Positions 53,876-63,077 of a stretch of DNA of 64,000 nucleotides are shown in pieces. A program made the translations under genes and the position numbers. The DNA is from Desulfuromonas sp. (lineage in GTDB: Bacteria; Desulfobacterota; Desulfuromonadia; Desulfuromonadales; Desulfuromonadaceae). Each line of letters opens with the position of its first letter. Position 1 is the stretch's first letter. The stretch covers positions 4,882-68,881 of the forward strand of contig PKUE01000146.1 in the NCBI GenBank assembly GCA_002869685.1, given 5' to 3'. Under the pieces are notes generated by a model. That model was not told where the DNA came from. It saw only the letters and a program-made list of their open reading frames with translations, and made no database searches.

Positions 53876-54244
53876 GTGCATATGGAGGAACTCATGGAAA
53901 TTCAAGCTGTAGGTTTAAATAGTCTGACACAGCAGTCACTCCCCAAAGCCAGCGAAGAAATCGAAATGAATCGCAAGGCTAAGGATTACGCTGATGCACC
54001 TTCGGCGTCTGCTGCGGTAGATAAAGTTCAACCCGAGGAGCTTCTGGACCAGATCAAATCCTTGACTGAAGACGGGTTGTACAGTGTTCGTTTTGAAAAT
54101 GATGATGATGCTCAGCAACTGGTGGTAAAGATTGTCGATACCGAGACGGATGAAGTGATTCGTCAGGTTCCGGCAGAAGAAATTCTTTCCCTTTCCGTGC
54201 GCTTGGGTGAATTGCGCGGTAATATTGTTGATACGGAAGGCTAG
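53876..54244 (+). CDS. flaG: FlaG
   Basis: LVVKIVDTETDEVIRQVPAEEIL; the start is probably a downstream ATG. Confidence 0.93.
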   Translation: MHMEELMEIQAVGLNSLTQQSLPKASEEIEMNRKAKDYADAPSASAAVDKVQPEELLDQIKSLTEDGLYSVRFENDDDAQQLVVKIVDTETDEVIRQVPAEEILSLSVRLGELRGNIVDTEG

Positions 54245-54270
54245 TCTTTCATTCTGGTATCAAGAGGGAG

Positions 54271-55896
54271 TTGGTTATGGCTATCTCGTTTAGTGGCTTA
54301 GCGACAGGATTGGATACTGGCAGCATTGTGGAGCAGTTGATGGCGGCTGAGCGTGCGCCGATTACCAGTTTGCAGTCAGATCGTACGTGGCTGTTGTCCC
54401 GTCAACAGGCGTATAAGACATTTGATAGCAAGTTGAACTCTTTCTTGTCAGGCATCCAAAAGCTCGGTTCCAGTGATGATCTGCAACAAAAGACGGCCTC
54501 TGTTTCACGCGATGATTTTCTGTCCGCCAGTGTTGGTGTCGATGCGCTACCTGGGACCAGCTACCAGATTGAGGTTGTCTCCCTGGCGCAGGTACAAAAA
54601 GGGGTGTCTCAGGGCTACCAGGATAAAGAAGCTGCCAGCTTTGGGATGGGCTCGTTGACCCTCAATGTTGGTGATGATGTCACGACTATTGCGATTGATG
54701 AGACGAATAATTCGCTTCAAGGGATCATGGAAGCGATCAATGCGGCAGATTCCGGAGTTACCGCATCCATCATCAATGATGGAACGGATTCACCCTATCG
54801 TCTGGTTCTGACCGGAGCGGACGTTGCGACCTCTTTTTCCCTTGAATCTGATTTGCCTCAATTCAATGGTGATGTGACGACCTTGACCACCGGAGGATAT
54901 GCTGATGCTGAAGCGGCTCTTTTTGGTGGTGGAACGCTCAGTTTGTCCACGGGCTTTGACATTGCGATTACCGCTAATAGCTCTCTGAATGCGATCCGTG
55001 ATGCGATCAATGCCGAGTCGGCCCTAACCGGTGTCAGTGCCACTGTTGAAGATGATGGCTCTGGTGGTTACAAGCTCAGTCTGGCTGGAGGTGACATCGT
55101 TTCGACGGACCTGTCTGGCGGCGATGGTGCTGATCCGTTTAGCATGGCGACTACGCAGGATGCGACCCAGGCGCATATCCGGGTCGACAATATCGATATC
55201 TATTCAACCAGCAATACGTTGAGTGAGGCAGTTCCGGGCGTGACGCTTGATCTGTTGAGTGCCGAGGAAGGGACAACGACTAATTTGACTGTTGACCTCA
55301 ATGAGGATGCAATCAAGGCGCAGATCAAGTCCTTTGTGACGGGCTACAATGATGTCGTCTCCTTTGTCACTTCTCAGTCCTCCATCAATGGTTCAGATGG
55401 CGGGATTCTGTCCGGTGATTCCGGTTTGAGTATGGTGAAGCGGCGTCTTCAGAATATGCTGACTCAACAGATGTCCAACAGCGGTACGTTTACGGCGTTG
55501 TCTCAGTTGGGACTGCAGACGCAGCGAAATGGAACCCTTGAGTTGGATGACGACATTCTGACGGATGCAATTCAAAATGATCTCAGCAGTGTTGAAAAAC
55601 TCCTGGTCGGAGAAAATGGCTCAGATGGTATCGCTGTCGTATTTCAGAACTATCTCGAGGACATTACCGATTCTTCCGATGGTCTGCTGGCAAGTAATCA
55701 GGAACGTACTGAGACGAGCATCCGCCGTATTGACACACGTATTGGTCAGATAGAGTCGCGGCTGGATCACAAAGAGGAAACGATGCTGGCTCAGTTCAAT
55801 GCGATGGAGCTGTTAGTGAGCGGCATGAATTCGCAAAGCAGCTTTTTAACCTCCCAGCTGACAGCGCTGGAAAACTTATGGAATTATAAAAAATGA
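54271..55896 (+). CDS. fliD: Filament cap FliD
   Basis: FSGLATGLDTGSIVEQLM, TQDATQA, FVTGYN, LAQFNAME. Confidence 0.96.
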   Translation: MVMAISFSGLATGLDTGSIVEQLMAAERAPITSLQSDRTWLLSRQQAYKTFDSKLNSFLSGIQKLGSSDDLQQKTASVSRDDFLSASVGVDALPGTSYQIEVVSLAQVQKGVSQGYQDKEAASFGMGSLTLNVGDDVTTIAIDETNNSLQGIMEAINAADSGVTASIINDGTDSPYRLVLTGADVATSFSLESDLPQFNGDVTTLTTGGYADAEAALFGGGTLSLSTGFDIAITANSSLNAIRDAINAESALTGVSATVEDDGSGGYKLSLAGGDIVSTDLSGGDGADPFSMATTQDATQAHIRVDNIDIYSTSNTLSEAVPGVTLDLLSAEEGTTTNLTVDLNEDAIKAQIKSFVTGYNDVVSFVTSQSSINGSDGGILSGDSGLSMVKRRLQNMLTQQMSNSGTFTALSQLGLQTQRNGTLELDDDILTDAIQNDLSSVEKLLVGENGSDGIAVVFQNYLEDITDSSDGLLASNQERTETSIRRIDTRIGQIESRLDHKEETMLAQFNAMELLVSGMNSQSSFLTSQLTALENLWNYKK

Positions 55897-56342
55897 ATGC
55901 CTATACACAGCAATATCAACAGAATCAGATCCTTACGGCGTCGCCTGAGCAGATTCTTGTCATGTTGTACGATGGTGCAATTCGTTTTACGCGACAAGCG
56001 ATGCAGGGTATAGAAACCCAGAACACCTCGTTGAAACTCGAAGGTGTTTCGCGGGCCATGGCTATTATCACCGAATTCTCCAATACGCTGGACCATGAGA
56101 TTGGTGGCGAGATTGCTGAGAATCTGGATGCTTTGTATGCTTTTATGAATCGTCAGCTCAGCCAGGTAAATATCGATGGAGATATTGAAAAGCTCAAAGT
56201 GGTTGAAGGACTGCTGATGGAGCTTCGCGAAACCTGGGTGGAGGCGATCACCATTGCTCGAAAAGAGGCATTAGGCAGAGAATCGGCAGCTCAAACTCCA
56301 GCTCTTCCGGAAAATTACAAATCCCTGAGTGCCGCCGGTTAG
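55893..56342 (+). CDS. fliS: Flagellin chaperone FliS
   Basis: TASPEQILVMLYDGAI, GGEIAENLDALY. Confidence 0.97.
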   Translation: MNAYTQQYQQNQILTASPEQILVMLYDGAIRFTRQAMQGIETQNTSLKLEGVSRAMAIITEFSNTLDHEIGGEIAENLDALYAFMNRQLSQVNIDGDIEKLKVVEGLLMELRETWVEAITIARKEALGRESAAQTPALPENYKSLSAAG

Positions 56343-56495
56343 AAAAGCATCCGCGCGATGTGGATGTCCCACCATGATGTCAATGGTGGGTGATGCGGAA
56401 TGGAGGGAACGGGCGGCGTTGCCTCCGACAAAAATGCATGTCTTTCAATTGGGTTTTATCATTTAAGATCCCTCTCCGTCAGAAAGAGCCCTCTT

Positions 56496-56918
56496 ATGCC
56501 CGAACCGATTTTATCATCGCAGCTGGAGCAGGCGCTCATCCTTTCAATTGAGCACTATCAGACTATTCTTTCCCAAATGACGCTTATTTCTCGGTTGCTG
56601 TCGTCATCAGATCCGGGGCTGCCGGAACAGGTGACACGTCTGGTGGCTCTTCAGCAACAGGCTCGCGAAGAAGATCAAAGACTGATGGTGATGTTGCGCG
56701 AGCACGAAAGAAATATTTCAGTGCATCCTTTGTTCAGGCAGCGCATGGAGTTGCTTGCCGAGGTACTGCGGTTGAATCATTTGCTTTTACCCAAAATTAA
56801 TGGCATGATGGCGCTCATTTCCCACGAGTTGTCAGACCTTAAAAAAGGGCGCTCTGTTTTGGGGGGATATAAGCAGGGAACACATAATCAAGGCCGGATC
56901 ATTCGGTCAAGCGCGTGA
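56496..56918 (+). CDS. Helical chaperone-like protein (FliT position)
   Basis: Follows fliS; all-helical; C-terminal 'ELSDLKKGRSVLGGYK'; probable ATG at 56496. Confidence 0.55.
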   Translation: MPEPILSSQLEQALILSIEHYQTILSQMTLISRLLSSSDPGLPEQVTRLVALQQQAREEDQRLMVMLREHERNISVHPLFRQRMELLAEVLRLNHLLLPKINGMMALISHELSDLKKGRSVLGGYKQGTHNQGRIIRSSA

Positions 56919-56988
56919 TCACAACCCGTTATCTGCATGTTGTTTTTTGATTGTCTGATTTGTTTGTTCGCTAAACCGGGAGACGTTT

Positions 56989-57657
56989 GTGGCGGACTTT
57001 GTTTTATTTAAATATCTTGAAAAACCAAGTTTGCTGCGCGTGTTCCTGCTCTTGCCGGACGATGTCAAAGTGCGTCTGGAGGCGGTAGCACGGATTATTG
57101 CCGAGCCCTACCTTGAGGTAAAGTTTCGTCCTGACGAATTGCCGCTCGATCTGGTACGTACCGGCGGGAAGATGCTCCTCTCGCTTGATACGCGTGTTGG
57201 CACTGTTTCCATGTATGCGCACATTGATGAGGTGGTCAATTCTCGTGTTCTCAGGTTGATGGGCCTTGAATCGTTTGCCTTTGCCCAGCAGCGTGAATAT
57301 TTCCGGGTGAATACCGCGATCAAAGTAGTTTACAGTAAAGAAACCCTCTCATCTAAGCCCTCACCCAAAGTGCCAACCGCTACCGTAAATCTGAGCGGCA
57401 ATGGTGTTCTGATTTCTGCTGAAGAAAAATTCGTGGCCGGTGAAACCTACCAGCTAGAGTTTCATCTTCCTGACGCCAATGTCCTTTTATTCTGTAAAGC
57501 TCTTGTTGTTCGCGTCGATGAAAAACTGCGTGGCGGCTATGAAGTGGCCATGACCTATCATGATATAGAGCAGGAAGATCGAGATCGGATTATCTCGTTC
57601 TGTCTGGCTGAACAGCGTCGGTTATTGCGTACCAAGGTTCAGATTGCCGGTTTTTGA
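56989..57657 (+). CDS. PilZ-domain protein (YcgR/flagellar brake-like)
   Basis: QREYFRV (RxxxR) and NLSGNG (D/NxSxxG). Confidence 0.88.
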   Translation: MADFVLFKYLEKPSLLRVFLLLPDDVKVRLEAVARIIAEPYLEVKFRPDELPLDLVRTGGKMLLSLDTRVGTVSMYAHIDEVVNSRVLRLMGLESFAFAQQREYFRVNTAIKVVYSKETLSSKPSPKVPTATVNLSGNGVLISAEEKFVAGETYQLEFHLPDANVLLFCKALVVRVDEKLRGGYEVAMTYHDIEQEDRDRIISFCLAEQRRLLRTKVQIAGF

Positions 57658-57676
57658 GTGTCTCTGGATCGCTCCT

Positions 57677-57696
57677 CTTCTTCTTCTTCTTCTTCT
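57677..57696. repeat. (CTT)6 microsatellite
   Basis: CTTCTTCTTCTTCTTCTTCT, intergenic. Confidence 0.85.
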
Positions 57697-57724
57697 GTCG
57701 TTCTCGAAGAGTGGTAAAGAGTTC

Positions 57725-57752
57725 TAAATCTCTTTTCACTTGTGGTCGATAG
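57725..57752 (+). promoter_or_regulatory. Sigma28 promoter of the FliK-like/FlhB-C pair
   Basis: TAAA-N16-GTCGATAG. Confidence 0.7.
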
Positions 57753-57758
57753 AAACAT

Positions 57759-59411
57759 ATGGATATCACCGGACCCCCTCCAGTACAGTTGTATAATGTA
57801 CATCCAACGGCACCGACTCAAAGTGCACAGGATGCCGTGCAGCATAACCTTTTGCCGCATCAAATGATTCTTGCCACCGTGGTTGAGAGCTCCGGGCGCC
57901 AGGTCCTGCTGGATATGGGGCAACAACAGTTCAGAGCGCAGACCGAAGTTGAAATGCAGACCGGGCAAAAGCTCAACTTGCAAGTAGTGTCAACCGAACC
58001 TCGCTTGAAATTACAAGTAGTGTCCCCTTCGGCCGACAATCAATTGCTGCGCCTGATCCATCTTTACGATCATCGAACCGAGATTGGTTCAACCTTAAGT
58101 ACCCTGCTGGGCCAGCGCTTTTCCGCACCCCCTCCCACGTTAACAACACCAACCGATTCTGCTGCTCCGACGGCAACGGCAACGGCAACGATACCGGGTC
58201 AACCCGCAACAACTGCCCCTTCGCAACCTCCTGTGGTGCCGATGACTGCAGCTCCTGCTGGGCAAACAACGGCAACGATAACCACTCCGACGGTCAATGC
58301 CCCACCATCAAACCCGCAAGGAACGGTCCCTGCAGTGGATGGTGGCACAAATCCATTGCCAGCACCTTCTGCGTCAGTGGCGCCCTCTTCCGCAGAGGCT
58401 AAGGGGGCCGTCGTGCCATCGCCTGTGATGACTCCATCACCTGTCGCCAGCGGGGGCTCCGAAGCGCCTGCGGCACTCAACGTACCGCGTGGTGAACCCG
58501 TCCTGTCTCAAACAGGTGTCTCTTCAGCTGTTGCACCTGTCGTTGGCCGGGAAGCGGCACCAAATCAAGCTGTGGTTGCAAAGGCGCAACGGGGTGATGA
58601 TATCCCTCCGACATTGACACCGGCAGACGCACCTAAAATCGCAAGTATGACGGCAATGCTCCATCGACTTGATTCCTCGTCTTCCGTGGCAAATGCATTG
58701 TTCACCGCGATCAATCTTGTGCCGTTGTCCGTACAGCAAAAAAAAGCGATTGAGGGGGCACTCAGTCAGGAGCAGTGGACGCAGCTGGAGACTTTGTCCA
58801 AAGATCTGATGACCGATTTTCGGAGCTCCGGTGCGCGAATCCTTTTTCGATTGTCCCATGGCCTTGGACTCGATTATGAGGTGCTGCTTGCTGAGCAGAA
58901 GGGGGATCAGGCTGCCCAGAGTCTCAAAGGCGCCTTGATGAAATTATCGGAGGGTGATGATCTCCCAGACAGTGTGCGTGACAGCAGTCGCCAGGTCGTG
59001 CAACAAGTCGAACTGTTTCAGTTGACGCGCGCCCGTTTTGCCCAAGAGGGGATTCTGTTTATTCCCTTGCCCTTTGAATTTATGGAGCAGGGCTACGCGC
59101 TGGTTGAACAGCGTCAAGGCGGCCAGGATGGCGAAACCAGCCACGTTGTGACCCTGAATATGTCTCTGGAGGGCCTGGGGGCCGTGCAGGCCAACCTGCT
59201 GTTTGAGCAACAGGCACTTTTTGTCCGGATACTGTGTGAAGATGACGCCAGTCAACAGTCGTTGCAGGAAGGCCTGGCAGAACTTGAGGAGGCGCTCGCA
59301 CCGTTCTCCGTGCGCTCTATTCAGATAGCCCAAGGGGTTGAAGATCCGGCGATTGAATTGATCAATCGATTGCAGCCGCATCGCGACAGTGTTTTTGATG
59401 CACGGGTTTAA
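57759..59411 (+). CDS. Second FliK-like protein with a Pro/Thr/Ala-rich linker
   Basis: N-terminal beta domain (GQKLNLQVVSTEPRLKLQV); C-terminal 'FIPLPF...LNMSLEGLGAVQANL...L..LEEALA'. Confidence 0.7.
   Translation: MDITGPPPVQLYNVHPTAPTQSAQDAVQHNLLPHQMILATVVESSGRQVLLDMGQQQFRAQTEVEMQTGQKLNLQVVSTEPRLKLQVVSPSADNQLLRLIHLYDHRTEIGSTLSTLLGQRFSAPPPTLTTPTDSAAPTATATATIPGQPATTAPSQPPVVPMTAAPAGQTTATITTPTVNAPPSNPQGTVPAVDGGTNPLPAPSASVAPSSAEAKGAVVPSPVMTPSPVASGGSEAPAALNVPRGEPVLSQTGVSSAVAPVVGREAAPNQAVVAKAQRGDDIPPTLTPADAPKIASMTAMLHRLDSSSSVANALFTAINLVPLSVQQKKAIEGALSQEQWTQLETLSKDLMTDFRSSGARILFRLSHGLGLDYEVLLAEQKGDQAAQSLKGALMKLSEGDDLPDSVRDSSRQVVQQVELFQLTRARFAQEGILFIPLPFEFMEQGYALVEQRQGGQDGETSHVVTLNMSLEGLGAVQANLLFEQQALFVRILCEDDASQQSLQEGLAELEEALAPFSVRSIQIAQGVEDPAIELINRLQPHRDSVFDARV
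58170..58190 (+). repeat. (ACGGCA)3+ACG in-frame hexamer repeat encoding TATATAT
   Basis: Read directly from the sequence. Confidence 0.75.
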
Positions 59412-59486
59412 CAGCTGTTTTGCCCGCGATATTGTCGTTTGTTGGTTGAAACCCGCATAGCTGGGGAGAGGTGAAAAAGGACAATC

Positions 59487-59762
59487 ATGTCAGATTCCGT
59501 AAAAAAAGCCGTTGCGGTCAAATACGACAAAGATCAGGCTGATGCCCCGTTGATTGTCGCCAGTGGGAAAGGGCAGCTGGCTGAAAATATTATCAAGGCG
59601 GCAGAAAAAGCCGGGCTGGAGATTTCTCATGATCCCGATCTGGTTGAACTGCTAGCCAAAATCCCCGTCGGCTCGGAAATTCCTGCTGAGCTTTATCAAG
59701 CGGTTGCCGAAATACTCGCCTACGTTTATCGCGTTAATAAGAAGCATAAAGAACAGCGTTAA
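59487..59762 (+). CDS. FlhB cytoplasmic-domain-only protein (FlhX/YlqH-like)
   Basis: KAVAVKYD..ADAPLIVASGKG.LAENII..A; EIPAELYQAVAEILAYVY. Confidence 0.92.
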   Translation: MSDSVKKAVAVKYDKDQADAPLIVASGKGQLAENIIKAAEKAGLEISHDPDLVELLAKIPVGSEIPAELYQAVAEILAYVYRVNKKHKEQR

Positions 59763-59914
59763 TAAATTAACGCAAGGCGGTTTGTCTGCTTTCTGTGTAA
59801 TTTTTTTCCCTTCGAGTCTATTTCATCCTTGTTTTAATATAATGGTGTTTTATAATTTGACCTGCACCAAGTGACAGACGTAAATAATGATGTGTTTTAT
59901 GACGGGAGGGGTCC

Positions 59915-61651
59915 ATGCGTTTTAAAGATCTGAAAATCGCTACCAAGGTTTATGTCATGTTTGCCTTGGCCGTGCCAGTGATGTGTTTTGTTTTCGGAAT
60001 GTTGTATTGGAAGACCAGTGAAAATCTTTACAAGGAACGTTATGCCACGGTTCAAGGACAGGTTGATACCGCCTGGGGGTTGATCAATCATTATGTGACC
60101 GAGGTTGATCGTGGCACGATGACGACGGAACAGGCACAGGAGATGGCCAAGGCCGCGGTTAAGGCGCTACGTTATAGCGGCCAGGAATACTTCTGGATTA
60201 ACGACGTAAAGCCGCGCATGGTGATGCATCCGATCAAGCCTGCACTGGACGGCAAGGATCTGTCGTCCTTTGCTGATCCCGATGGTGTTCGTCTGTTTGT
60301 CGAAATGGTCAATGTGTCGGGCGGCAGTGATGGCGGGTTTGTTCGCTATCGCTGGGCGAAGCCTGGGCATGAAGAGCCGGTCGACAAAGTCTCCTACGTC
60401 AAGCGAATTCCCCAGTGGGGATGGATCGTCGGCAGTGGCCTTTACCTTGATGATGTAAAGGCGGAAACAGAGGTCATGCTTTATGGCGCAATCGGTGTTG
60501 TGGGTTTCACGATTTTTGCCTCAGGGATTGCGGTGCTGTTGTTTGCCCGGAGCCTGTCTCGGCCAATCGGCAGAACCGTGACCATGATTGAGGAGATTGC
60601 CAAAGGGCACCTTGACCTGCGTTTGGGTATGGACCGCAAAGATGAGATTGGTCGGATGGCAAAAAGCATGGATATGCTGGCTGACAGCCTTCAACATGAG
60701 ATGATTGACGCCCTGCAGAAGCTTGCTCAGGGGAATCTGGCCTTTGATGTCGTGCCGGTCGATGATCAGGATGTCATTCGCGGTGCGTTGAAGCAGCTTG
60801 AGGTGGACCTGAACGATATTATGCTGCAGGTCAAGCAGGCCAGTGAGCAGATTGCTTCGGGAGCCAATCAGGTGTCTGAAGCCAGTCAGTCATTATCACA
60901 CGGTGCCACGACGTCGGCCAGTTCTCTGGAAGAGATTGCCGCATCCATGGGTGAGCTGGCGTCGCAGACCAGTCTCAATGCCCAAAATGCCGGGCAGGCG
61001 CGTGATCTGTCCGGTCAGGCCAGTTCCGCAGCCGGGCGGGGCAACCAATGTATGGAGCAGATGGTTGCCGCCATGGAGGAGATCAATGCTTCAGGGCACA
61101 GTATCTCCAACATCATCAAAGTTATCGATGAAATCGCCTTTCAAACCAACCTGCTGGCGCTAAATGCTGCCGTCGAGGCGGCCCGTGCCGGTCAGCACGG
61201 CAAAGGGTTTGCCGTGGTTGCCGAAGAAGTGCGCAATCTGGCGGCGCGGAGTGCAAAAGCTGCCAGTGAAACCGCTGATCTGATTGAAACGTCTGTTCAG
61301 CGTGCTCAGAATGGCGCCGAAATCGCCGCGCAAACCGCAGATGCTCTTGAAGATATTGTGACTGGGGTCGGCAAGGTGACCAGTCTGGTTGGCGAGATCG
61401 CCGTAGCCAGTAATGAGCAGGCGGAAGGGATTACCCAAATTAACCAGGGCCTCAGCCAGATTGATGATGTCACTCAGCAGAATACTGCCAGTGCTGAAGA
61501 GAGTGCGGCGAGTGCTGAGGAATTGGCCAGCCAGGCGATTCAATTGCAGGGGGTACTGAGTCGCTTCCAACTCAAAGGGCACACAGGATCCCAGCTCGGC
61601 GCACCTCGCTTCACCGCACAAAGCTCGCGGCGGCCGGAGTTGCTCGAATAA
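59915..61651 (+). CDS. Methyl-accepting chemotaxis protein (sCache_2-type, HAMP)
   Basis: TM-YFWIND..PRMVMHP...[45 protein letters not shown]. Confidence 0.95.
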   Translation: MRFKDLKIATKVYVMFALAVPVMCFVFGMLYWKTSENLYKERYATVQGQVDTAWGLINHYVTEVDRGTMTTEQAQEMAKAAVKALRYSGQEYFWINDVKPRMVMHPIKPALDGKDLSSFADPDGVRLFVEMVNVSGGSDGGFVRYRWAKPGHEEPVDKVSYVKRIPQWGWIVGSGLYLDDVKAETEVMLYGAIGVVGFTIFASGIAVLLFARSLSRPIGRTVTMIEEIAKGHLDLRLGMDRKDEIGRMAKSMDMLADSLQHEMIDALQKLAQGNLAFDVVPVDDQDVIRGALKQLEVDLNDIMLQVKQASEQIASGANQVSEASQSLSHGATTSASSLEEIAASMGELASQTSLNAQNAGQARDLSGQASSAAGRGNQCMEQMVAAMEEINASGHSISNIIKVIDEIAFQTNLLALNAAVEAARAGQHGKGFAVVAEEVRNLAARSAKAASETADLIETSVQRAQNGAEIAAQTADALEDIVTGVGKVTSLVGEIAVASNEQAEGITQINQGLSQIDDVTQQNTASAEESAASAEELASQAIQLQGVLSRFQLKGHTGSQLGAPRFTAQSSRRPELLE

Positions 61652-61705
61652 GTCACCAGGTCAGACAAAAACGCATTGGGCGTTGATGCCCGAGTGCATG
61701 CAGAC

Positions 61706-61737
61706 AAACGCCGCAATCTGTCAAGGTTGCGGCGTTT
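61706..61737. terminator. Bidirectional terminator between the MCP gene and mutT
   Basis: AAACGCCGCAA-N10-TTGCGGCGTTT between convergent genes. Confidence 0.75.
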
Positions 61738-62140
61738 ATTGTTGTGCAGGGGTAAGTTTCTGCGGCAGGGAGGAAATGAATTCCTGATCCGCGGGAAGCA
61801 TAGGGTAATGCGCGAGTTGATCGAGGTTAATCCAGGCGTGATCACTGACCTCGCGGTGATGAACCACATCCGTATGGCTCAGGCAGCGGTAGATCATCAG
61901 TAGCACCGGGCGATCATCGTAGCGATGGTAGATAATGTCAAAGGCCGCGACTTCATCAACTTCCAGGGCAATCTCTTCACGCAGCTCACGGCGCAAGGCA
62001 CAAATCGGATCTTCATCCTTTTCCAGTTTTCCGCCGGGAAATTCCCAGAATCCGGCGTGCTTGCTGCCTTCAGGGCGTTGGGTAATCAGAAGTTTGCCGC
62101 GATGAAAAATCAGACCGGCAACAACGAGCAATGGGTACAT
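61736..62140 (-). CDS. mutT: Nudix hydrolase, 8-oxo-dGTP diphosphatase MutT-like
   Basis: WEFPGGKLEKDEDPICALRRELREEIAL Nudix box. Confidence 0.88.
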   Translation of the reverse strand: MYPLLVVAGLIFHRGKLLITQRPEGSKHAGFWEFPGGKLEKDEDPICALRRELREEIALEVDEVAAFDIIYHRYDDRPVLLMIYRCLSHTDVVHHREVSDHAWINLDQLAHYPMLPADQEFISSLPQKLTPAQQ

Positions 62141-62298
62141 GGCTGACCTTCGTCGCTGGAGGGGCGGGGCGTTTGTTGCTGACGACTCCCCCCTGTTTAT
62201 GGTAAGACTCTCGCTGAGTTTGTTCGATCCGACGCGCGGAGCACTGGCGTCGTAAAAATCCTGCTGTTGTCGGCAACGGAACCATCCAGGAGTGTAAC

Positions 62299-63015
62299 AT
62301 GTTCAATCTTTCAGAAAAAGGGCGTGGTATTCGCGCCATGTTTGATGATATTGCCCCCCGCTACGATTTGCTCAACCGGTTATTGTCCATGGGGATAGAC
62401 CGCCGCTGGCGACGTTTTGCGGTGGGGAAATTATGTATCCCCCCGGGTGGGATGGTCCTCGACATGGCAACCGGAACTGGAGATGTTGCGTTAGAGATTG
62501 CTTCGCGCACTCCTGATTCTGTGCAGATTATCGGTGAAGACTTCACTCAGGGGATGTTGCTCAAGGGACGGGAAAAAATTGCGGCGTCACCCTATCGGGA
62601 TCGGATTAAACTGGTGAATGCGCCGTGTGAAGCCATTCCTCACCCCGATAACCTGTTTGACGGTGTGACCATCGCTTTTGGGATCCGTAATGTTGTTGAT
62701 CGTCAGGCCGGTCTGGCTGAAATGTGTCGTGTGCTCAAAGCGGGTGGCCGGGCGGTTATTCTTGAATTTTCAACCCCGCAGAATCCGGTGTTCCGTAGTC
62801 TGTATATGACCTATTTTCATAAGATCCTGCCGTTTATCGGCGGATTGCTGTCCAAACGGACCGCTTATAAATACCTGCCCGATTCCGTAGCTGAGTTTCC
62901 CGACCAACAGACGTTTAAGGGGATGATGGAGCAGGCGGGCTTTGTGGATATTGTGCATTACGACCTGACTTTCGGGATTGCCACTGTCTATGTGGGCGTT
63001 TGTCCGGAAGCATAA
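62299..63015 (+). CDS. ubiE: Demethylmenaquinone methyltransferase (UbiE/MenG)
   Basis: MFDDIAPRYDLLNRLLSMG, LDMATGTGD, FGIRNV, AYKYLPDSV. Confidence 0.93.
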   Translation: MFNLSEKGRGIRAMFDDIAPRYDLLNRLLSMGIDRRWRRFAVGKLCIPPGGMVLDMATGTGDVALEIASRTPDSVQIIGEDFTQGMLLKGREKIAASPYRDRIKLVNAPCEAIPHPDNLFDGVTIAFGIRNVVDRQAGLAEMCRVLKAGGRAVILEFSTPQNPVFRSLYMTYFHKILPFIGGLLSKRTAYKYLPDSVAEFPDQQTFKGMMEQAGFVDIVHYDLTFGIATVYVGVCPEA

Positions 63016-63047
63016 CGGCGTAAAAATCGACTGCATGTGATTTGATT

Positions 63048-63077
63048 AAAAGCGGCTCCAGCCTGGGGCCGCTTTTT
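63048..63077. terminator. Bidirectional terminator between ubiE and the AsmA-family gene
   Basis: AAAAGCGGCTCCA-GCC-TGGGGCCGCTTTT. Confidence 0.8.
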
